Assembly: GCA_965261735.1 (NCBI GenBank) | Contig: OZ253470.1 | Coordinates: 352,001-416,000 of the forward strand | Length of the DNA stretch: 64,000 bases | Reading direction: 5' to 3' | From: Alphaproteobacteria bacterium | GTDB taxonomy: Bacteria; Pseudomonadota; Alphaproteobacteria; SHVV01 | Shown here: in pieces, positions 51,207 through 62,250 of the stretch | How positions within the stretch are numbered: position 1 is the stretch's first letter | How the letters are laid out: each line of letters begins with the position of its first letter | Translations under genes and position numbers: made by a program | Notes under the pieces: generated by a model | Database searches by the model: none | The model's input: only the letters and a program-made list of their open reading frames with translations | Told to the model about the DNA's origin: nothing

Positions 51207-51317
51207 CGAGCCCGACAGCGTCTGGCAATCGGTGCAGTGGCAGATCATCACCTTTTCCGGGTCGACCTCCGCCTCGTAGGTGATGGCGCCGCAGTGGCAA
51301 CTTCCGTCGACCCTCAT
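51207..51317 (-). pseudogene. GFA-family protein N-terminal fragment
   Basis: MRVDGSCHCGAITY...CHCTDCQ; interrupted by IS256. Confidence 0.85.
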
Positions 51318-51516
51318 AATGAGGCTCCGTTCGCAGGGCACACACGCTGTGGTCGGATCGTCCCCAATCCGGGCCGGATTGGGGACGAGCGTTTTCGCAA
51401 CCGGGCTTGGAGGCGCCTGATGGTAGCATGCGACGGCCTTGCCTCGCTTGTGCCCTGACCCAGTTCAGGGGACAAGTGCGTTTATCGGCCCTTGTCGCTA
51501 ATCGAAGGCGGAAATT

Positions 51517-52224
51517 ATGACACGGTCAGAAACGGACTACGCGACGGCGCTAAAGAAGATCAACGCCATCAACGCGGCCAAACACCGCCGCGATCATCCT
51601 CTGTGGATCTCGCTCCTGAAGGGCGAGCTAAGCCGGCCGCAGGTCGCGGAGTTCTTGCGCCAGTTCAGCGCCGTCGCGCTTTACAACCATTTCTTTCACG
51701 GACCGCTTTACGTGAACTGTCCCAGCCCGAAGTGGCGCGCCCGGATGGCCGAAGTCGTGTGGGAGGAGGGCACGGGCAATCTCTACTCGAACGGCGTGCC
51801 GCACTGGCAGCTTTTCCTTCGGCTGGGCGAGGCGTTCGGCATCAGCGCCGACGAGATGTACGCGGCCGAGTACGGCCCCGGCGCGCTGGCGGTTCGTTCG
51901 TTCCTGACCGCGACCTGCGCCCGCAGCTTCCTCGAAGGGGTCGCTGCTACGTCACTGGCCGGCGAAGCCCAAGTGCCGGGCATCGCTGCGAAGGTTTCGC
52001 AGGTTTTCATCGAACACTATGGACTGACACCTGAACAAGCCATGTTCTACACCGTTCATGAAGAAGCGGACCGCGATCACGCCGACGCCGGGCTCGAGTT
52101 TCTGCGCGAGTTCGCAAAAACCGACATGGACCTCGACCTCGTGGTGCGTACGGTGCGCGACGCCGTGGAAGTGAATTGGTGGATGTTCGACGACATTCAC
52201 CGGCGCCTCGATGGCATCCGATAG
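51517..52224 (+). CDS. TenA/PqqC/CADD-family heme-oxygenase-like iron redox enzyme
   Basis: HPLW, WEEG...PHWQLF, GEAQV and HEEADRDH supply a CADD-like E/H/E/H/D/H ligand set. Confidence 0.85.
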   Translation: MTRSETDYATALKKINAINAAKHRRDHPLWISLLKGELSRPQVAEFLRQFSAVALYNHFFHGPLYVNCPSPKWRARMAEVVWEEGTGNLYSNGVPHWQLFLRLGEAFGISADEMYAAEYGPGALAVRSFLTATCARSFLEGVAATSLAGEAQVPGIAAKVSQVFIEHYGLTPEQAMFYTVHEEADRDHADAGLEFLREFAKTDMDLDLVVRTVRDAVEVNWWMFDDIHRRLDGIR

Positions 52225-52271
52225 ACTGGTCACGATTCTCTGGACGGGCGGATTGGCTTTGAGAGGGTGAA

Positions 52272-53411
52272 ATGAACAGGCAGCTCATTATTTCCGGCGA
52301 TTCGCACGTGCTCGAGCCCGACGATCTTTTCGCCAGGACGCTCGCCGCCAAATACGGCGATGCGGTGCCGCGCTACGTCGATGAGCACCTGGGCGTCAAG
52401 GGCCGGCACTACTTCACCGGCATCGAGTACGTCCGCGTCGACGAGATCGTCGAAGGCGGCGAGGGAAGCGAGGAAGCGGAGGCGTTGCAACAAAAGCTGA
52501 TCGCGGCGTCGATGGACCCGGCCGCGCGCCTGGGCTGCCTCGACGAGGACGGAGTCTACGCCGAGATCCTCAACTCGACCTGGATGCTCTACACCATGCG
52601 CGCGCGCAATGACGACATGGTGCGCGACTGCTGCGGCGTCTACAACGACTGGATGCGCGACATGGTCAGCCACGACCCCAAGCGGCTGTTCGGCACCGCC
52701 ATGATCCACATGGAGGACGTGGATTGGGCGGTCAAGGAGCTCGAGCGGTGCAAGAAAATGGGTCTATGCGGGGTGCTCATCAACTGCGACACGCGCCCCG
52801 AATGGCCGCGCTACCAGGACCCCGTCTACGACCCCTTCTGGGCCCGCGCGCAGGAACTCAACGTTCCGGTGACGCTACATATCATCACCGGCAACGTCCG
52901 CGATCCCTTCACCCTGTTCGGCGAGGAGCGCAAGGACCTCGCCCGTATCACGATGTGGATCCTGTTCGAGGCGCCGCCCGTTCTCGCCAACGAGTTCATC
53001 TTCGGCGGCGTCATGGACCGCTTCCCCGAACTCAAGATCGTCCTGTCGGAGTACGAGGTCTCGTGGCTGCCCTACTTCATGTTCCGCGCCAGGCAGATCC
53101 AGGAGGTCTTCAACCCCGCCATGGGGCGCCCGGCGATCAAGCTTCCCGTGAGCGACTACATGCGCCGCGTTTACCACGGCTTTGTCGATGACACCTACGT
53201 CGAAAAGGCGGTCGACGTCGTCGATCCCAAGACCCTGTTCTGGGGCTCGGACTTCCCGCACGCGCGCTGTACTTATCCCAACAGCCTCAAGGTGGTTGAC
53301 GACACGCTGGCCAAGCTCGGCGAGCAGAACATGGCCGACATGAGCTACTACAACACCGCCCGGCTCTACGACATCCCACTGCCGGAAAGCCGCGCTATCG
53401 CCGCCGAGTAA
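52272..53411 (+). CDS. Amidohydrolase_2 family protein
   Basis: ISGDSHVLEP, YNDW, LHI and WGSDFPH motifs. Confidence 0.92.
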   Translation: MNRQLIISGDSHVLEPDDLFARTLAAKYGDAVPRYVDEHLGVKGRHYFTGIEYVRVDEIVEGGEGSEEAEALQQKLIAASMDPAARLGCLDEDGVYAEILNSTWMLYTMRARNDDMVRDCCGVYNDWMRDMVSHDPKRLFGTAMIHMEDVDWAVKELERCKKMGLCGVLINCDTRPEWPRYQDPVYDPFWARAQELNVPVTLHIITGNVRDPFTLFGEERKDLARITMWILFEAPPVLANEFIFGGVMDRFPELKIVLSEYEVSWLPYFMFRARQIQEVFNPAMGRPAIKLPVSDYMRRVYHGFVDDTYVEKAVDVVDPKTLFWGSDFPHARCTYPNSLKVVDDTLAKLGEQNMADMSYYNTARLYDIPLPESRAIAAE

Positions 53412-53458
53412 GCGGCACGGGCACTCCGAGGGTGGAGACCTACGGCGCCGGGCTGGGC

Positions 53459-54499
53459 CTACGAGAGACCCACGTGAATGCGGATCTCTCCGAGCGCGCC
53501 GACCTCGAACCGGTCGCTTGGGCCGATCAGCGTCGTCGAGCTGTACTCCTCGACGATCGCGGGACCTTTCGAAGCAAAACCGACGGGTAGGCGTGATCGT
53601 TGGAAAACGGCCGTAGGCAAGACGGCATCCGCCTCCTTGAAGAACACCGGCCGTGGCGCCGCCATCGCGTCGGCCACCGGAGTTCCCTCGGTATTTGCGA
53701 TCATCTCCAGGTTGGGTCGCGGGGTCGCGGCTCGGGCCGTTATCTGCAGGCTGACGAACTCGACCGGCACCTCGGAGTCGGCATGCCCGTAGCGCGCGCG
53801 GTAGACATCCTCGTACACCTGCCCGATGTCGGCCGCCGTTTGTCCGGCAAGAACAGGCGTCTTCACCGAGTGCGCTTGTCCGCGATATCGCATTTCGGCG
53901 TCGCGCTCGAAAACGATGGGGCTATCGCCGATCTCGCGGGCGAGCCGTTCGGCGATCGTGGATTCGAGGTCCGTATACAGCGCCTCCATGTCGGAGATTG
54001 CCTGCTCGCCGAGCGGCCGCAGGAAGGTCTCGGCATCGTCGAGGCGTATGTCCGCCAGGAGCATGCCGATCGCCGAGAAGTTGCCGGGTTGGGGCGGCAC
54101 GACGACGAGAGGAATATGCAGTTCGCGCGCGAGCGCCGAGGCGTGGAGCGGTCCACCGCCACCGTACGCGAACAACGCGAACTCCCGCGGGTCGATGCCT
54201 CGCTCGACCGTTATCTTCTTGATCGACGCGGCCATGGTAACGATGGCGATCGCGACGATTCCCTCGCCGACCGTCAGCAAGCCCTGCTCATCAGAGCACC
54301 CGAGGGGTTGGGCCACGCGCTCGAGAATCGCGCGCCGTGCACCGTCCGCGTCGAGGCTTAGGTCGCCGCCGAGAAACGCCTGCGGGTCGAGCCGTCCGAG
54401 GACGACGTTGGCATCGGTCACGGTCGGCTCGGTTCCGCCCAGATCATAGGCAACGGGCCCTGGTTCGGAGCCGGCAGATCGCGGCCCGACATGGAGCCG
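53459..54499 (-). pseudogene. Hydantoinase/oxoprolinase (HyuA-like) C-terminal half, 5' removed by IS6
   Basis: HVGPRSAGSEPGPVAY, PTVTDANVVLG, AYGGGGPLHA, MRYRGQ and GPAIVEE motifs. Confidence 0.9.
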
Positions 54500-55391
54500 G
54501 GCTCTGTTGCAAAGTCCGGCTATTTGGTGACGTGTCTGCGTGATCTGCCGAGAGGGGTTGAGGCATGAGCGACTTCAAGGGACGTCACTTCCGGGGGGAG
54601 ATCGTGCTCTGGGCCGTACGCTGGTACTGCCGGTATCCGATCAGCTACCGCGACCTCGAAGCGATGATGACCGAGCGCGGCGTCGCGGTCGACCACTCCA
54701 CGATCTATCGTTGGGTGCAGCGTTTCGCGCCGGAGATGGAGAAACGTCTGCGCTGGCAGTGGCGCCGGCCGCAGTCGCGGAGTTGGCGCGTCGACGAGAC
54801 CTACATCAAGGTCCGCGGCAAGTGGGCGTATCTGTACCGGGCGGTGGACAAGCTCGGGAACACGATCGATTTCTACCTCTCGGCGACCCGCAACACCAAG
54901 GCAGCGAAGCGATTTCTCGGCAAGGCGCTGAGAGGATTGAAAGAGTGGGAGCAGCCCGAGGTGCTCAACACCGACAAGGCGCCGGCCTATGCCGCTGCCA
55001 TCGCGGAGCTGAAGGCCGAGGGCAAGTGCCCGAAGGACACGAGGCACAGGCAGGTGAAATACCTCAACAACGTCATCGAGGCCGACCACGGCAAGCTCAA
55101 GCTGCTGATCCGGCCCGTGCGCGGGTTCAAGACGCTGAAGACGGCCTACGCCACGATCAAGGGCTTCGAGGTGATGCGCGCGCTGCGCAAGGGCCAGGCC
55201 GGGATGTTCGCCCTCCAGGGCGGCATTGTCGGCGAGGCCCGGATCGTCGAGCGCGCCTTCGATCTCGGACGGTGCGCTCTGACCGAGGCGGTGGCGTTGC
55301 TACAGGACCGTCTGGCCAACGCAGAAACATGACGAAAGCACGGTTGTCGTCCTGATCTGACTCACCCCTACGTCAGGTTTGCAACAGAGCC
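54500..55391 (+). mobile_element. IS6-family element type 3 (IS6100-like)
   Basis: Perfect 14-bp TIRs GGCTCTGTTGCAAA; no TSD. Confidence 0.95.
54565..55332 (+). CDS. IS6-family transposase
   Basis: FKGRHF, WRVDETY, NTDK and NNVIEADH motifs. Confidence 0.96.
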   Translation: MSDFKGRHFRGEIVLWAVRWYCRYPISYRDLEAMMTERGVAVDHSTIYRWVQRFAPEMEKRLRWQWRRPQSRSWRVDETYIKVRGKWAYLYRAVDKLGNTIDFYLSATRNTKAAKRFLGKALRGLKEWEQPEVLNTDKAPAYAAAIAELKAEGKCPKDTRHRQVKYLNNVIEADHGKLKLLIRPVRGFKTLKTAYATIKGFEVMRALRKGQAGMFALQGGIVGEARIVERAFDLGRCALTEAVALLQDRLANAET

Positions 55392-55830
55392 ATTCGATCC
55401 GCTCTGAGCGCCACCTGATGGAGCAGCTGGAGTTCAACCTTCTGTTCCGCTGGTTCGTGGGTCTCGGGGTTGACGAGCGGGTGTGGGACGCGATGGTGTT
55501 CACCAAGAACCGGGAGCGTCTTCTGGCTGGCGAGGTGGCGTCGCGCTTTCTGGCACGGCTGATTGGGCTTCCGGCGGTGAGGCGGCTTCTGTCGCGGGAG
55601 CACTTCTCGGTGGACGGGACGCTGATCGAGGCGTGGGCGTCGATCAAGAGCTTCCGGCCGATTGATGAGGAGCCGCCAGACGCGGACAGCCGGCTCTACC
55701 GCAAGGGCCGGGGCAAGGAAGCCAAGCTCAGCTATATGGGCCATGCGCTGATGGAGAACCGGGATGGCTTGGTCGTGGACGGTCTGGCGAGCCGGGCGAC
55801 GGGCGCGGCCGAATGCCTGGCGGGCGAGGT
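55392..55830 (+). mobile_element. IS5-family transposase fragment
   Basis: SIRSERHLMEQL, FRWFVGL, HFSVDGTLIEAWAS and GHALMENR motifs; truncated on both sides. Confidence 0.85.
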
Positions 55831-56227
55831 GACCGTGTATCGCGCGCCCACTCGTCGGGCGATTGAGCTCTGCCGACCGGGCGGATTCGCGCTCCAGTCG
55901 GCATGGGCGACGAACTCAGGTAAGCGCATGCTTCGGTTTCCAACGAATGCCGCCGGTATAGCGATCCCGGAGGGTCTCGCAGCCTCCGTTGATGTGATCC
56001 ACCCAGCGGCCGATGGCCGGAGCGCTGCCTCGGGGCGGAACCTCAAATCCGGGTACTGGGGCGGGAGCCGATGGAGCCTGCCGCGTGGCCGTCTCTTGCA
56101 CAAACGGCGCCCAGCGGATTGGTCCACAATCCCGGGTAGCCGCGACAGTTTGTCTCGATTACATCGGTGACGCGGTAATGGCGGTGGTATCCTCTCTGCT
56201 GCCGGCACATGGCCCACACTTGTTCTG

Positions 56228-57250
56228 ATGATTGACGCTCCCCTCTCGGTTCTTGACCTATCTCCGATTGTCGAGGGCAACGACGCCCGCCAAGCGTTGC
56301 TCAATACCATGGACTTGGCGCGCCACGCCGAAGTATGGGGCTACACGCGCTACTGGCTGGCCGAGCATCACAACATGCCCGGCATCGCCAGTGCGGCGAC
56401 AGCGGTGGTGATAGGCCAAGTCGCGCAGGCAACAGCAACAATCCGTGTCGGCGCCGGCGGTGTCATGCTGCCCAACCATGCCCCGCTCGTCATCGCCGAA
56501 CAGTTCGGCACCCTTGCGGCCCTTTTTCCGGGCCGGATCGATCTGGGTCTGGGTCGCGCACCCGGCACCGATCAACACACCTCCCGTGCGCTACGCCGCA
56601 CCCTGGCCGGTAACCCTGATGCCTTCCCGCAAGACGTTATGGAACTACAGCAATACTTCAAGGAACCGGCACCGGACCAATTCGTGCGCGCCGTGCCGGG
56701 TGCCGGCCTGAATGTGCCGATTTGGATCTTGGGCTCCAGCCTCTACGGCGCTCAGCTGGCTGCTGCCCTTGGGCTCCCTTATGCCTTTGCCTCCCATTTT
56801 GCGCCCGCGGCCTTGATGCAAGCCATTGCCATCTACCGCGAACGCTTCGAACCGTCGGCGCAACTCAATGAGCCCTATGTCATGTTGGGTATGAACGTCT
56901 TCGCCGCCGATACCGAAGAGGAAGCCCATTTTCTTAGAACCGCGGTCCTGCAGTCCTTTGTCAATTTGCGCCGCGGCATACCGGGCAAACTGCCGCTGCC
57001 AGTGGCCGATTACACGGATTGGGTGACGCCGGACGAACGTGCGATGCTGGAAGCGGCTCTGTCCTGCTCCGCCGTCGGCACGCCCGACACGGTCGAACGC
57101 GAGATCGCCTCCTTCGTTGAGCGAACCGGTGCCGACGAAATCATGATCACCTCGAACATCCACGACCACGGCAAGCGGCTGCGGTCCTTCAAACTGGTGG
57201 CTGAGATGATGGCCGCCGCCTCGCAGCTTCAGGGAAGCACCACGCCCTAG
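56228..57250 (+). CDS. Luciferase-like (LLM) flavin monooxygenase
   Basis: [31 protein letters not shown] and WILGSS motifs. Confidence 0.95.
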   Translation: MIDAPLSVLDLSPIVEGNDARQALLNTMDLARHAEVWGYTRYWLAEHHNMPGIASAATAVVIGQVAQATATIRVGAGGVMLPNHAPLVIAEQFGTLAALFPGRIDLGLGRAPGTDQHTSRALRRTLAGNPDAFPQDVMELQQYFKEPAPDQFVRAVPGAGLNVPIWILGSSLYGAQLAAALGLPYAFASHFAPAALMQAIAIYRERFEPSAQLNEPYVMLGMNVFAADTEEEAHFLRTAVLQSFVNLRRGIPGKLPLPVADYTDWVTPDERAMLEAALSCSAVGTPDTVEREIASFVERTGADEIMITSNIHDHGKRLRSFKLVAEMMAAASQLQGSTTP

Positions 57251-57347
57251 TGGATCGAATCTTACGTTTGGTATCTGCGTTTGACGGTGAGGATGATTTT
57301 GCCCGGATTTGCGGTCCAACGAAATAGTTTGGCCTCGCTGGCCTTAT

Positions 57348-57771
57348 CAGCCCGTTGATTAAGTGGCTTTTTCCGGCTCTCACTCCCAGATGAGGAATGC
57401 GGCGGCGAAAGCCGTCTGGCCGCTTTGCGAGCCCCCCCCGTGCCACCAGCATGGCCCCGGTGGGCGTGAGCAGAACGAAAATACCGCCATATCCGCCCGC
57501 CACGGCCTCCCGCGGGGTGCCGGCGCCGATGAGCTGGCGCATCAGTAACGATAGATTGTGGCCGGCGACGTGGAGCAGGTATCGCTTGTGCACATTCTCT
57601 CGCCCGCGCAGCCAGGTTCGTCGCATGCCGCCACGATCGAGGTTGTGGGCAAAGCAGCGCTCGACGATCTCGGCGCGCAGCTTGAAGGCCTCGCGGGCGA
57701 CCCCGGACTTGAGCCGCGCACGGTTGTTGGTGACCGCGCGCCGCGCCGCCTCATCACCGTGCCAGCGCGAA
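57348..57771 (-). mobile_element. IS1182/IS5-like element 3' remnant
   Basis: Near-identical to the 3' part of the element at 61590-63749 without the IS256 insert; end CAGCCCGTTGATT. Confidence 0.85.
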
Positions 57772-57972
57772 TGTCAACGGCGGAGCAAAATTAGTCCACC
57801 CGGGCGGAGCAAAACTAGTCCACTTAAATGTTATGCGGTACGCGGTGTTGGGGGGTTGTCCCGGTAGTCCATAGGAGGGACCCGCGCTGCTTCGTGTAGC
57901 GCTTGCGTTACGCGGAGCGAAGCAGCGTGGGAGGTTCCTGTGGGCCCACCGGGTCAACCATTGCACCGGCGG

Positions 57973-58743
57973 TTAAGCAGGTATTTTTGGGGATTTCCGC
58001 CGTTTTTGGCTTTGGTTGAGACGATAGCTCTCGCCGTTCATTTCCAGGATATGGACATGGTGGGTGAGGCGGTCCAGCAAAGCCCCGGTCAGGCGTTCCG
58101 AGCCGAATATCTCCGTCCACTCATCGAACGGCAAGTTGGAGGTCACCAGGATCGAGCCCCGCTCGTAGCGCTGGCTGAAGACTTCGAACAGCAGCTCGGC
58201 ACCGGTCTTCGAGAGCGGCACGAAGCCGAGTTCGTCGATGATCAGAAGGTGATACTTTGCCAGTTGCTTCTGCAGGCGCAACAGGCGTTTTTCATCCCTG
58301 GCCTCCATCAGTTCATGAACCAGGGCAGCGGCCGTGAGGAAGCCGACGGAGAGCCCCTTTTGGCAGGCCGCCAGACCGAGACCGAGGGTGATATGGGTCT
58401 TGCCGGTTCCGCTGTTGCCGAGCGCGATGATATTCTCACGACGCTCGACGTATTCGCATCGCGCCAACTCCAGAACCAGCATCTTGTTGAGCGATGCGAT
58501 GGCCTTGAAGTCGAAGCTGTCGAGGCTTTTGACGGCGGGGAACCTGGCCTGTCTGATCCGCCGCTCGACCATGCGGCGCTCACGGTCGATCAGTTCCAAC
58601 TCGGTCAGACGGACAAGATACCGCACATGGTCGGCGCCCTCGGTGGCGCATTGGCGGGCCAGCTTGTCGTATTCGCGCAGGAACGTCGGCAGTTTCAGGG
58701 TCTTGAGGTGATGGGCCAGCAACACTTGCGGCGTATCGGTCAT
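57973..58743 (-). CDS. istB: IstB AAA+ ATPase
   Basis: GNSGTGKT, IIDELG, TSN and LDRL motifs; ATGA overlap with the istA stop. Confidence 0.95.
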   Translation of the reverse strand: MTDTPQVLLAHHLKTLKLPTFLREYDKLARQCATEGADHVRYLVRLTELELIDRERRMVERRIRQARFPAVKSLDSFDFKAIASLNKMLVLELARCEYVERRENIIALGNSGTGKTHITLGLGLAACQKGLSVGFLTAAALVHELMEARDEKRLLRLQKQLAKYHLLIIDELGFVPLSKTGAELLFEVFSQRYERGSILVTSNLPFDEWTEIFGSERLTGALLDRLTHHVHILEMNGESYRLNQSQKRRKSPKIPA

Positions 58744-60239
58744 GACGCGCCTCCACCCAACAAGCTCATATAACTGGCGGCGGCCGTGGTCGCCACGTTG
58801 GCCCGAGGCAGGTAGGGATAGATATCCAGGTCGAGTTTGGGCGGGCGTCGCTCGATACGGCACAGCACAAGGTGTTTGACGGCGTCGTAGCCGATCGCAC
58901 CCAGGCGCAGGGCGTCCTTCACCGCGCCGTGAAGCACCTCGAGATCGAAGGTCTCCAGAAGCCGAAGGACCTGGACCTATTCCCGCTTGCCGGCCTTGCC
59001 CATGCGCGCCTCCAGGAGACGGCGCAGGGTTGGGAAGGCATCAGGCAGTTCCCATCCGGCTAGCGGCGCGGCCTGATCCAGGGCGCCGATCTTGTGCTCC
59101 AGCAAAGGCAGGTAGTGGATCGGATCGAAGACCATATCTTCCCGGTCGTAGGAACGGGGGTGTCGGGCAATGATCCCGGCGCCGCAACCGATAACCACCT
59201 CGTGGACATAGCCACGGATCCAGACTTCCTGATGGCCGTAGGCGACGGGCACGGAATAGTCATTCGTCCGGTAGCGCACCAGGGACAGCGAGTTGACCCG
59301 CGTGCCCTGCTTGTCGCACGCGTCGAACGGTGCCGGCAGTGGCCTCTTCAACGCTTCGCGGTCACGCACAAACCGTTCGCCGATGCTCTCGCGGTGGCCG
59401 CGCAGGACGTTGCCTTGCCGGTTGCGGCATTGCTCTTCCAGGTGGCCATTGAAGGCGTCCCAGCTCGCGAACCGGGGAAGCGGCGTCATGAAGTTCCGCC
59501 GGGCATAGCCGACCACCCCCTCCACATTGCCTTTGTCGTTACCCTTGCCGGGACGGCCGTAGCGGTCCTCGAAGAGGTAATGGGACTGCAGCCCGCTGAA
59601 CGCCCGCGTTCGTTGCCGCGTGCCATCTGACAAGATGCGCGACACCAGACACTTGTCGTTGTCGTAAAGAATCGATTGGGGAACGCCGCCGAAAAAAACA
59701 AAGGCTCTGTTGTGCCCGTCCAGCCAGGCCTCCGTCGTCGCCGCCGGGTAGGCCGCAACGAAGCAGGCATCGCTGTGGGGAAGTGTCATGACGAAAAAAT
59801 GCGCCCGATACTTGACGCCGGCGATGATCGCATCCGCCTCGCCAAAGTCCGCTTGAGCATGGCCCGGAGGATGTGACAACGGCACAAACATCTCACGCCG
59901 ACGAAGGCGCCGTTCCCGAACGTAATCCTTCACGATGGTCTCTTTGCCCGTGAAGCCATGTTCGTCGCGAAGGCGCTCGAATATACGCTTCGCCGTGTGG
60001 TGCTGCTTACGGTGAACCGTTCGGTCCTCCTCCAGAATACGGTCGATGATATCCGTGAAGGGGGCCAGTTTCGGGCGTTTCGGTGGCTGGCGTCGCCGAT
60101 ATCCCGGCGGTTCCGAATGCCGCAGCATCTTCCTCACCGTCTCGCGCGCAATGCCAAACCGACTTGCCGCCTCTCGCTGGCTCAGACCATCAACATGGCA
60201 GGCCAGCCGAACGCGCAGATATAGGTCCACGGTGTACAT
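58740..60239 (-). pseudogene. istA: IstA transposase with in-frame TAG at 58977-58979
   Basis: QADFG, YDN and KGNVE (DDE); reading continues in frame VQVLRLLETF...LLGGGAS after the stop. Confidence 0.9.
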
Positions 60240-60446
60240 CCTCCCGCCTTCCATCTCAAAAAAGATCGAAGGCTACAGGTGGCAGAGTTTTACTCCGCCC
60301 GCGGCTGGGAAATCCCGCCGCTTCCGTGGACTAATTTGTCACCGCCGTTCTCATCCGGTGGTGATGAAAAATTCCAAGGTTTCTGCGATAGATGGAATAA
60401 ATGAGAGGGACAGGGACAGGCGTCATCCCAGCTAGTCCACCGCCGA

Positions 60447-60935
60447 TCAGCTTCCCTTGAAGGTCAGGCTGGCGGGCAAGATCAAGACGCCAAACGTCTC
60501 ACACCAGATTACGACGCTGGCATAGTCGCGGGGATTAACGCCCTCGGGGATCGGATAGTTCTGGCTGCCGCGAAATGCGCGAAGTCGTCCAAGGTCCTTG
60601 AATTCGGCATCCTTGACGTCGCTCGAATTCTTGACGTCCTTCTTCTTGACCAGATAGACGTGGTATTTCGGACCAGGGCCGACCTCGAGCCCATTTTCAA
60701 TTCGCACGAGATCGCGAAATACGGTCACCGGCCCTTTGCCATAATGAACCGGATCCGACGGATTTGCGTGGATGAAAGTGCCATCCGCCACGGCCTGGCG
60801 ATTGGACGCATCCAACGTTTCGTTAGCGACGACGTCAGCTAGAAATATATAAGGATAAACGAATATGCCACCGGCGAAACCGATGCCGGCGCCGATGACA
60901 CCGCCAATGATCAGGATGACCAATATTCTCAGCAT
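60447..60935 (-). CDS. DM13-domain protein
   Basis: N-terminal TM segment; HYGKG, GPKYHVYL, DLGRL, GSQNYPIP and SVVIWC motifs. Confidence 0.9.
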   Translation of the reverse strand: MLRILVILIIGGVIGAGIGFAGGIFVYPYIFLADVVANETLDASNRQAVADGTFIHANPSDPVHYGKGPVTVFRDLVRIENGLEVGPGPKYHVYLVKKKDVKNSSDVKDAEFKDLGRLRAFRGSQNYPIPEGVNPRDYASVVIWCETFGVLILPASLTFKGS

Positions 60936-60946
60936 GTGACCGAACC

Positions 60947-61568
60947 TCACCCGACGCGATACTCTGTGTCTATCGAAATTGCACCGTCGGCCGTTGCCCG
61001 GCCTTCCTCGACAAGTTTGACGAGATGCGAAAACACCGACCGTCCGGCGGCCGGAATTAACCTGGGATCGAGGCCGACATAAATTTCCGGCACCACCTTT
61101 TCGATCCGGCTGACGCCGCGCGCCAAACATTCGAGAATTTGCCCCTCGCGCTCTTCACGGTGGGCGATCAGGGCCTGCAGGTACGTCTTGGGGTCGGTGA
61201 TCGCCGGCCCGTGGGTCGGCCAGTAGATTTCGTCGTCGCGATCCAACAGGCGCCGCAGATTCGCCATGTAATCGGCCATGTCGCCATCCGGCGGCGACAC
61301 CACCGTTGTCGACCAGCCCATCACGTGATCCCCGGGGAACAGCGCTTTCTCCTCGCGAAGCTGATAGCAGATGTGATTGGTCGTGTGTCCGGGCGTGTAA
61401 ACGCATTCGACCGACCAGCCATCGCCCTCGATGACATCGCCGTCGCGGACCTCAACGTCGGGGACGAAATCCCTGTCGCCGCCCTCCTCCACCGCAATTC
61501 CTTGCTCGTATTTGCCGGCACCGTGGGGGCGGTAGGCGTAGGTCGGTGCACCGGTCGCCTGTTTGAGA
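60947..61568 (-). pseudogene. MBL-fold metallo-hydrolase, 5' truncated
   Basis: TPGHTTNH, GDHVM and PTHG motifs; the HxHxDH part is missing upstream. Confidence 0.85.
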
Positions 61569-62250
61569 CCCTTGAAAAATAGGGCTCAGACGGATTGGGT
61601 TTCGAAGAGCGACCCCGAGGCCAAGATCGCCAAGATGAAGGACGGCACGACGCATCTGGCCTACAAGCCCGAGCACGCGGTGGATCTGGACACCGGCGCG
61701 GTGGTGGCGGCCGAGCTGCACCCGGCCGATGAGGGCGACACCACGACGCTTTCCAAGACCCTGGCGAAGGCCGAGGCAAACCTCGAGGCGGTGGATGCGG
61801 CACCGACGTCGGAGGACCCGGCCGAATGCGTCGCCGACAAAGGTTATCACTCACGGGCGGTCTTGAGAGCTCTGAACGACAGTCCCTGGAAGACCCGGAT
61901 CGCGGCGCCCAAGCAGACCGGCTTTTCGCGCTGGCACGGTGATGAGGCGGCGCGGCGCGCGGTCACCAACAACCGTGCACGGCTCAAGTCCGGGGTCGCC
62001 CGCGAGGCCTTCAAGCTGCGCGCCGAGATCGTCGAGCGCTGCTTTGCCCACAACCTCGATCGTGGCGGCATGCGACGAACCTGGCTGCGCGGGCGAGAGA
62101 ATGTGCACAAGCGATACCTGCTCCACGTCGCCGGCCACAATCTATCGTTACTGATGCGCCAGCTCATCGGCGCCGGCACCCCGCAGGAGGCCGTGGCGGG
62201 CGGATATGGCGGCATTTTCGTTCTGCTCACGCCCACCGGAGCCATGCTGG

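Larger units (their letters stand above)
57772..60353 (-). mobile_element. IS21-family element (istA-istB)
   Basis: Ends TGTCAACGGCGG (57772) and ...CCGCCGTTCTCA (60353) with internal repeats TAGTCCAC. Confidence 0.93.

Noticed and set aside
54500-55391. Calling this element IS6100 itself
   Set aside because: The TIR matches, but the length (892 bp) and protein N-terminus differ from IS6100 as I recall it; labelled IS6100-like only.
1012-58979. In-frame TAG stops in two transposases (1012 and 58977) as possible amber recoding
   Set aside because: TAG terminates ordinary genes here (DUF5131, TcmP, drmD, LLM) and no recoding machinery is visible; nonsense decay is simpler.
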